From Aquificaceae bacterium (lineage in GTDB: Bacteria; Aquificota; Aquificia; Aquificales; Aquificaceae), in assembly GCA_037925075.1 (NCBI GenBank), contig JAXSNR010000001.1, positions 320,001-384,000 of the forward strand: a stretch of 64,000 nucleotides of DNA. Reading direction: 5' to 3'. How positions within the stretch are numbered: position 1 is the first letter of the stretch; every line of letters begins with the position of its first letter. Positions 57,747-64,000 of the stretch are shown piece by piece. A program made the translations under genes and the position numbers. Below the pieces are notes generated by a model that saw nothing but the letters and a program-made list of their open reading frames with translations, was not told the origin of the DNA and made no database searches.

Positions 57747-59399
57747 ATGAGGGTGGGAATAGTCCTTGGCACAAAACCCATAAGTCCTCTTGAGTTTTGG
57801 ATTGGGGTGGAAGAGGGGCAAGTGGTCCAGCTTGATGATGTGCTTTATGTAGATAGTCAGGTGGGAAGCCAAAGGGTTAAGTATTACGGTATAGTTGGCG
57901 AAGTGCATAAGTTTCTTGAGGGTGCGGAGTTTGTGTACGATGCTCATTTGGTAAGCGAAGGGGTTATACCGGTAAATATAGCCTATGTGGCAAAGGTAAA
58001 CATAACAAGGATAGAGCCAGAGGTCTTTGCTCCCCCTTCTCCGGGTGATGTGGTTTATAAGGCAAAAGGTGTTGAGTTTGAAAAAGCCCTGTACTATGAC
58101 CAGATGAAGGAAAAAATCCCTGCGGGTGTGGACAGAAACGGAAATGTGGTTTATTTAAACTACCACTTTATAAACGGTGTTGAAGGAGCCCATGTAAGCA
58201 TATCAGGCATGTCTGGTATCGCCACAAAAACTTCTTATGCTCTCTTTCTTCTGTACTCTATCCTCGAAAAGGCAAGCGATAGAGACAATGTGCATGGAAT
58301 AATCTTTAACGTCAAGGGTAAGGACCTTCTGTGGCTTGACAAGAAAAACAAAACTTTTGATGAAGAGAGCCGTAAAATCTATGAGGCCATGGGGCTTAGT
58401 GCTGGACCCTTTGAAAATGTTGTATTCTATGTACCACCTTCTGAGAAAAATCCCACCATTCCAGACTGCGAAAGGGTTAACGATGAAGAAGTTAAACCCT
58501 TCTACTGGAGCATGAGGGAGTTTGCAGAAGAAGGACTTATAAGGTTTATGTTTGTTGAAGGTGAAGAGGGGGTTTCAAACCTACACTACGTGATAGATAG
58601 GGTAGCCAACAAACTCTACAGTCTTTCGCAAAAGAGTCCTGAAGGAAGACTTCTGGATGAATATTCAAGAGACCTAGAAAACCTATTGCAACTTGAAGAG
58701 CGCCTTGAAGAAGCCATAAGGGACAAGGAACAAAATAAAAGCTCGGAGCTATATAGGAGCTGGTTTGGAGACGCCCAGCTTCAGACCGCTTACGCCTTTC
58801 TTAGAAGGTTCAGTAGAGCCCGTACACATATAGGTAGGCTAATAAGGGACTTATCAAGCCCGCCCAGATGGGAAGATAGTAGGCTTTCTGTAATTGATAT
58901 AAGTGGCCTTCATAGCATAGGTAAGATGTTCGTAGTGGGAGCAATACTTAAGAGGGTTTTCAAAGAGAAAGAAAACATAGGCAAACCCTACCCTAAAGTT
59001 TTTGTAGTTCTTGACGAACTTAACAAATATGCACCAAAAGAAGGCTGGAGTCCCATCAAAGATGTGGTGCTGGACATTGCAGAAAGGGGTAGAAGCCTTG
59101 GGGTGATACTCATAGGTGCCCAGCAAACCGCCAGTGAGGTGGAAAAAAGGATTGTGGCAAACTCAGCTCTGAAGGTTCTTGGTAGGATGGACTCTAGCGA
59201 AGTGCTTGGAAAAGAATACGACTATCTTACTGGAAACTTCCGCCAAAGGGCCATAATGCTCAAAAAGGGTACTATGATACTCTACCAGCCTGATATACCA
59301 AACCCTATGATAGTTAGATTTCCAAAGCCCGCATGGGCTACAAGGTATTCTGAAGTGAAGGAGGAGGCCCGTGTTCCTGAAGATTTTGATAATTTTTAG
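57747..59399 (+). CDS. Bacterial HerA-like ATPase (HAS barrel + DUF87)
   Basis: Walker A variant ISGMSGIATKTS, Walker B VVLDELNKYAP, ERGRSLG; start trimmed to MRVGIV. Confidence 0.85.
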   Translation: MRVGIVLGTKPISPLEFWIGVEEGQVVQLDDVLYVDSQVGSQRVKYYGIVGEVHKFLEGAEFVYDAHLVSEGVIPVNIAYVAKVNITRIEPEVFAPPSPGDVVYKAKGVEFEKALYYDQMKEKIPAGVDRNGNVVYLNYHFINGVEGAHVSISGMSGIATKTSYALFLLYSILEKASDRDNVHGIIFNVKGKDLLWLDKKNKTFDEESRKIYEAMGLSAGPFENVVFYVPPSEKNPTIPDCERVNDEEVKPFYWSMREFAEEGLIRFMFVEGEEGVSNLHYVIDRVANKLYSLSQKSPEGRLLDEYSRDLENLLQLEERLEEAIRDKEQNKSSELYRSWFGDAQLQTAYAFLRRFSRARTHIGRLIRDLSSPPRWEDSRLSVIDISGLHSIGKMFVVGAILKRVFKEKENIGKPYPKVFVVLDELNKYAPKEGWSPIKDVVLDIAERGRSLGVILIGAQQTASEVEKRIVANSALKVLGRMDSSEVLGKEYDYLTGNFRQRAIMLKKGTMILYQPDIPNPMIVRFPKPAWATRYSEVKEEARVPEDFDNF

Positions 59400-60591
59400 C
59401 CTACTTTTGGGCTTTGGCTTTTCCCAGACAGCCTTAGTGAGGGTAGGAAAGTATACAGAAAAGGAGCGTATAGTCCTCCAGCTTGACGAAAAGGCAGATT
59501 ACAAGGTGTTCATACTTGAAAACCCCAAAAGGGTTGTGGTGGATATTATGGGAGATATAAATGTTAAACTTCCTTCGGGTTTACAGGCACGCTTAGGTAA
59601 GCATCCATGGGGTACAAGAGTAGTTTTTGAAAGAAACTTTGAAGATATAAAAGCCTTCTCCCTTCAAGAGCCTTTCAGAATAGTGATAGACATATTCACG
59701 GGCACTTCCAGCGAGAAAAAGTTGGCAAAGGTAAAGGAAGAAGATGAGCTTATAGAGATTATAGACCCAGCCTTTGTAAGAATACTGAAGTACATGGATA
59801 CCGCATCCACCAAAGAGAGGGTGATAAACGAGGTGAAAAAAGGTCAGATGATAACCCAAAGAAGAGTAATTGTAATTGACCCTGGGCATGGAGGGCATGA
59901 CCCTGGAGCTATAGGATATATGGGCATAAGGGAAAAGGATGTGGTGCTTGCCATAGCCAAAAGGCTTGCTAGTTATCTTGAAAAAGACGGAAGGTTTAGG
60001 GTGATAATGACCCGTAAGGAGGATGTTTTTGTCCCACTTCAAGAGAGGGCAAACATAGCCCTAAGAAACAGAGCAGACCTATTTATAAGCATACATGCGG
60101 ATGCACACCCGCAGAAATCTCCAGACGCACGAGGAACAACCATATTTGCCATATCTTCAGAAGCAGCTCAAAAAAAGCGTCAGCAGATAGTTAACAGCCA
60201 TAGCTATGCAAGCCTTGTTTTTGGAAGAGAAGATATACCCACATCCGCAAGGGCAGTGCTTGCAGACCTTGCCATGGATGTGACCTTAAACGAAAGCGTG
60301 ATTTTTGGACAAAAGATTGCCAAGGTGGTCAGGAGGGAAATCGGTAGGGATGTGCATTTTAGGGGTATACAGAGGGCAGGCTTTGCGGTACTAAAAACTC
60401 CGGGAATACCTTCTGTTCTTGTAGAAGTAGGCTTTATGACAAACCCTCAAGAGGCACTTATGATGTCCGATGGGGAATTTCAGGATAGATTTGCAAGTGC
60501 CATACATCTCTCGATTTTAGAGTATTTCTTCCCGGAGACTCAAAAGATCACCTCAGCCCAAGAAGTTTATGCACCTGTGGGAGCACCCTGA
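59371..60591 (+). CDS. N-acetylmuramoyl-L-alanine amidase (AmiC-like)
   Basis: AMIN-like repeats; IDPGHGG, SIHAD and LVEVGF motifs. Confidence 0.9.
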   Translation: MFLKILIIFSLLLGFGFSQTALVRVGKYTEKERIVLQLDEKADYKVFILENPKRVVVDIMGDINVKLPSGLQARLGKHPWGTRVVFERNFEDIKAFSLQEPFRIVIDIFTGTSSEKKLAKVKEEDELIEIIDPAFVRILKYMDTASTKERVINEVKKGQMITQRRVIVIDPGHGGHDPGAIGYMGIREKDVVLAIAKRLASYLEKDGRFRVIMTRKEDVFVPLQERANIALRNRADLFISIHADAHPQKSPDARGTTIFAISSEAAQKKRQQIVNSHSYASLVFGREDIPTSARAVLADLAMDVTLNESVIFGQKIAKVVRREIGRDVHFRGIQRAGFAVLKTPGIPSVLVEVGFMTNPQEALMMSDGEFQDRFASAIHLSILEYFFPETQKITSAQEVYAPVGAP

Positions 60592-61195
60592 CCTGATAGC
60601 CTATTTCTAAAAGTCTTAGCTGTATGTCAAGAGCCTTGTGGAGAAAGTTTTCCTTGTTTCCTTCAGGCTGTAGAACAACCACACCCTCTTGTAGGAACTC
60701 TTCAAACCTCAAAAGGACCTCAAGGCTTAATTCATCATCCACCACAAACTTTAGCTCCTTTGCATACTGCTTTATCTTTGGGTGCACAAACCAACCCGCT
60801 ACCGCCTTTGGAGAGCAAGTTATATGCACCAGTGGAGCAAGCTCCTCCATCCCTTCTTGCCACAAGGTGCCGTTTGTTTCTATCTGCACCGATTTACCTA
60901 TGCTCAAAAGGTCTTTCACAAGCAAAGGTAAAGATTCTTCCGCAAAGGGCTCCCCTCCTGTTATGACCACATGCCTGTGTGGGTATTTTTCTACCACTTT
61001 CAAAAGGTCAGAAAGGCTCATGTTATTTTCCCTAAAGTTTAGTGCGGTAGGCTGATCACACCAAGGGCATCTAAGATTACAACCTTGAAGCCTTATAAAA
61101 AGGCTCGGCATTCCCACCAAAAGCCCTTCTCCCTGTATGCTTGTGTATATCTCGTTGACGCTTATTGAGGCTTTTCTAACTTCACTTCGTAGCAT
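60548..61195 (-). CDS. queE: 7-carboxy-7-deazaguanine synthase (radical SAM)
   Basis: [20 protein letters not shown] and ETNG motifs. Confidence 0.92.
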   Translation of the reverse strand: MLRSEVRKASISVNEIYTSIQGEGLLVGMPSLFIRLQGCNLRCPWCDQPTALNFRENNMSLSDLLKVVEKYPHRHVVITGGEPFAEESLPLLVKDLLSIGKSVQIETNGTLWQEGMEELAPLVHITCSPKAVAGWFVHPKIKQYAKELKFVVDDELSLEVLLRFEEFLQEGVVVLQPEGNKENFLHKALDIQLRLLEIGYQVRVLPQVHKLLGLR

Positions 61196-63474
61196 TCTAT
61201 AATATCACCCACCTTTACATCGTTGTAATCCTTTAGCTTTATACCGCACTCAAAGCCCTTTGCCACCTCTTGCACATCTTCCTTATACCTTTTTAAACCT
61301 TCTATTTTGCCATCAAAGATAACAACGCCATTTCTTATAAGCCTTGCCCTCGCGTTTCTGAGAATCTTGCCATCGAGCACATAACATCCAGCCACAGTAC
61401 CAGCCCCCTTTATCTTAAAGGTAGCCCTTACCTCAGCAGAACCGTGAACCACTTCCTTTTCCACAGGCTTTAGCATACCTTTTAGGGCTTTTTTCACATC
61501 CTCTATTGCCTCATATATGATTCCATAAAGCCTTATGTCTACCTTTTCTGCTTCAGCAGTTTCCCTTGCCTTTACGTCAGGACGTGTATTAAAGCCGATT
61601 ACAATAGCACCACTTGCCTTGGCAAGCATAACATCGTTCTCCGTTATGCCACCCACATCCCCATGTATGATTCTAACGGAGACCTCGGGTGTGGACAGCT
61701 CCGAAAAGGATTTTTTGAGAGCCTCCAAAGAACCAACCGTGTCCGCCTTAAGAATAAGCCTTAGTTCTTTAAGTTCCCCTTCCTGAATTTTCTTAAAGAC
61801 TTCTTCGAGAACAAGACCCTTTGAAACCTTTTCCATCTGCTCTTTTTTGAGTTTTCTCTGCTCTACTATCTGCTTTGCTTTTCTCTCATCTTCAACCACT
61901 TTTAGCTGGTCCCCAGCCATGGGAAGCTCTTCAAAACCGAGCACCTCCACCGCCACCGAAGGACCTGCCTCTTTTAGTCTTCTTCCCTTGTCGTCAAACA
62001 TAGCCCTCACGCGTCCGTAGGTGGTTCCCGCCACGAATATATCACCGAGTTTCAAAGTCCCATCTTGCACAAGCACGGTAGCCACCACACCCCTTTGTTT
62101 GTCCAATTTAGACTCTATTATGGTACCCTTTGCAGGTTTGTTGTGGTTGGCTTTGAGTTCAAGAAGGTCTGCGACAAGTAAGATGTACTCCAGAAGGGTT
62201 TCCACATTTTGACCAGTTTTTGCAGAAACATCCACAAATACCGTATCACCACCCCACTCTTCCGGTATTAGACCAAGTTCAGAAAGCTCTCTCCTTACTT
62301 TTTGTGGGTCTGCACCCGGCTTATCTATTTTGTTTACCGCCACTATAATGGGAAGGTTAAAAGCCTTGGCATGGTTTATAGCCTCCACAGTTTGAGGCAT
62401 AACGCCGTCGTCTGCCGCAACCACAAGCACCGCAATATCCGTAACCTGCGCCCCTCTTGCCCTAAGGGAAGTAAAGGCTTCATGACCGGGTGTATCAAGA
62501 AATGTTATCCTTCTACCGTCGGGCATCTCCACCACGGAAGCACCTATATGCTGGGTTATACCACCCTTTTCCCTTTCCGCAACCCTTGTCTTTCTTATTG
62601 TGTCCAGCAGCGTGGTTTTGCCGTGGTCCACATGACCCATTACAACAACCACAGGAGGCCTTGGCTCTCCGCCTTCCTCTAATTCCTCTACTTCTTCCTC
62701 CTTTATTTCCTCCGATTTTATCTCCGCGAGAAAGCCAAGAGCCTCCGCCACCTGAAGGGCAACCTCTGAGGGAATTGTTTGGTTTATGGTGGCAAGTATA
62801 CCCCTTTTGAGGAGTTCAGCCATTATTTGGTTTGGTGGTGTTCTAAGAAGCTCTGCAAGCTCCCTCACAGTGACCACTTCGGGAATCTGTACTATCTTTA
62901 TTTCCTCTTCTTTTTCTTCCTTTTTTTCCTTCTTTATATGCTGTTGGAGTTTTTTCAATATCTGCTCTTCACCCTTAGTGAGTTTTTCCTTTGGCTGGGG
63001 TTTTTGAGGCTTTTCTTCTATCCTCTGCTCACGAGGTGGTGGCACGGGTGGGGGTGCAGGAAGCCTCGGAGGGAGTGGCTTCCTTTCTTCTATTCTACGA
63101 GGTTTTTCTCTTTTTTCTACGCCTTCTTTACTTATAGGGGTAGGGGGTGCTTCCCTTACCGCTTGCCTTACCTTCTCGTAAGATTTTTGCTGTCTTGGCT
63201 TTTGTTCCCTATGTTTTCTTTCCTGTGGAGCTTGTTTTTCTTCTTTTGGTGGTTCAGTGGTCTTTGTGGTTTCTTCCTTGGTGGTAAGTGTGCTTCCATT
63301 CTCTACTGATTTTTCTTTGGGTAGAGAAAAATAGTCATAAACTATCTGTAGCTCCTCCTCATCAAGGTAGGCAAAGTTTCCCTTTTCTATACCCCATTCT
63401 TTAAGGACTTCTCTTACTTGCTTTACTGGAACGCCAAGCTCCTTTGCCACATCTTGAACCCTTAATTTTGCCAT
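61162..63474 (-). CDS. infB: Translation initiation factor IF-2
   Basis: [17 protein letters not shown] and NKID motifs. Confidence 0.97.
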   Translation of the reverse strand: MAKLRVQDVAKELGVPVKQVREVLKEWGIEKGNFAYLDEEELQIVYDYFSLPKEKSVENGSTLTTKEETTKTTEPPKEEKQAPQERKHREQKPRQQKSYEKVRQAVREAPPTPISKEGVEKREKPRRIEERKPLPPRLPAPPPVPPPREQRIEEKPQKPQPKEKLTKGEEQILKKLQQHIKKEKKEEKEEEIKIVQIPEVVTVRELAELLRTPPNQIMAELLKRGILATINQTIPSEVALQVAEALGFLAEIKSEEIKEEEVEELEEGGEPRPPVVVVMGHVDHGKTTLLDTIRKTRVAEREKGGITQHIGASVVEMPDGRRITFLDTPGHEAFTSLRARGAQVTDIAVLVVAADDGVMPQTVEAINHAKAFNLPIIVAVNKIDKPGADPQKVRRELSELGLIPEEWGGDTVFVDVSAKTGQNVETLLEYILLVADLLELKANHNKPAKGTIIESKLDKQRGVVATVLVQDGTLKLGDIFVAGTTYGRVRAMFDDKGRRLKEAGPSVAVEVLGFEELPMAGDQLKVVEDERKAKQIVEQRKLKKEQMEKVSKGLVLEEVFKKIQEGELKELRLILKADTVGSLEALKKSFSELSTPEVSVRIIHGDVGGITENDVMLAKASGAIVIGFNTRPDVKARETAEAEKVDIRLYGIIYEAIEDVKKALKGMLKPVEKEVVHGSAEVRATFKIKGAGTVAGCYVLDGKILRNARARLIRNGVVIFDGKIEGLKRYKEDVQEVAKGFECGIKLKDYNDVKVGDIIECYEVKLEKPQ

Positions 63475-63496
63475 AGTTTATAATTATAAGCCTAAA

Positions 63497-64000
63497 ATGT
63501 TGTCCGTCCTAATCTGCACAAAGAACGAAGAGAAAAACATAGAAAGGGCAATAAGGAGCGTGAAAGGGCTTGCACAGGAGGTGGTGGTTATAGACTCTGG
63601 CTCAACAGATAGAACGGTGGAGATAGCCAAAGGTCTTGGTGCAAGAGTCTTTTTTAGGGAGTGGGATGGGTATTCAAGCCAGTTGAACTACGGTATAGGT
63701 TTTTGCTCTGGGGAGTGGGTGCTTGTGATTGATGCGGACGAGGAAGTCTCAGAGAAGCTAAGGGAAAGCATAAGAAGGGAAATCCAAAGCCCAAGGCATG
63801 AGGTATATATGGTCTGTAGGAGGACTTACTATCTGGGGGACTTTCTGAATCACGCATGGTATCCCGAATGGAGGGTAAGACTCTTTAAAAAGGGAATGGT
63901 TAGGTTTGAGGGAGTCCTTCATGAAAGGGCTATATACACAGGCAGGGCTGGAAAACTGAAGGGAGACTTATATCACTACTCCTATAAAAGTTTGCAAGAC
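63497..64000 (+). CDS. Glycosyltransferase family 2 (KdtX/WaaE-like), partial
   Basis: Manual translation MLSVLICTKNEEKNIERAI...IDSGSTD...IDADE; open to the window end. Confidence 0.88.
   Translation, partial: MLSVLICTKNEEKNIERAIRSVKGLAQEVVVIDSGSTDRTVEIAKGLGARVFFREWDGYSSQLNYGIGFCSGEWVLVIDADEEVSEKLRESIRREIQSPRHEVYMVCRRTYYLGDFLNHAWYPEWRVRLFKKGMVRFEGVLHERAIYTGRAGKLKGDLYHYSYKSLQD

Noticed and set aside
1..64000. CRISPR arrays, rRNA, IS elements, prophage genes
   Set aside because: No spaced direct repeats, long non-coding tracts, transposase or phage structural motifs were seen.

Overview
This is a gene-dense chromosomal window from an Aquificae-type thermophile, probably Hydrogenobacter/Thermocrinis-like (inferred from protein style, orphan atpC, scattered flagellar genes and sucCD followed by tandem ferredoxins). 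It opens with a clade II nitrous-oxide reductase operon (cyt c-nosZ-nosB-nosL-nosD) and a divergent DUF2249 / cytochrome c' / DUF59 / DUF2249-DUF1858 / membrane-protein cluster. Most of the rest is housekeeping: clpB, rel, mreBCD-mrdA, murD, sucCD, dnaK, purM/Q/S, bamA, thiD, acpS, aroK, bioF, lpxA, glmU, aspS, hemBC, queE, infB and three tRNAs. The most striking locus is an AT-rich islet at about 17750-19430. It encodes a single-polypeptide DarT (DNA ADP-ribosyltransferase)-DarG macrodomain fusion, flanked by what look like the fused N- and C-terminal stubs of a deleted Type III restriction-modification mod and res pair, and preceded by a decayed sucC fragment. Other points of interest are a doubly frameshifted flgK, HAIR-like operators at clpB and dnaK, Crp/Fnr-like boxes in the nos promoter, a six-tract G-quadruplex motif behind flgE, and many tiny bidirectional leaderless promoters. 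No CRISPR array, rRNA, integrase or transposase was seen. All calls come from motif recognition by eye; no database searches were run.
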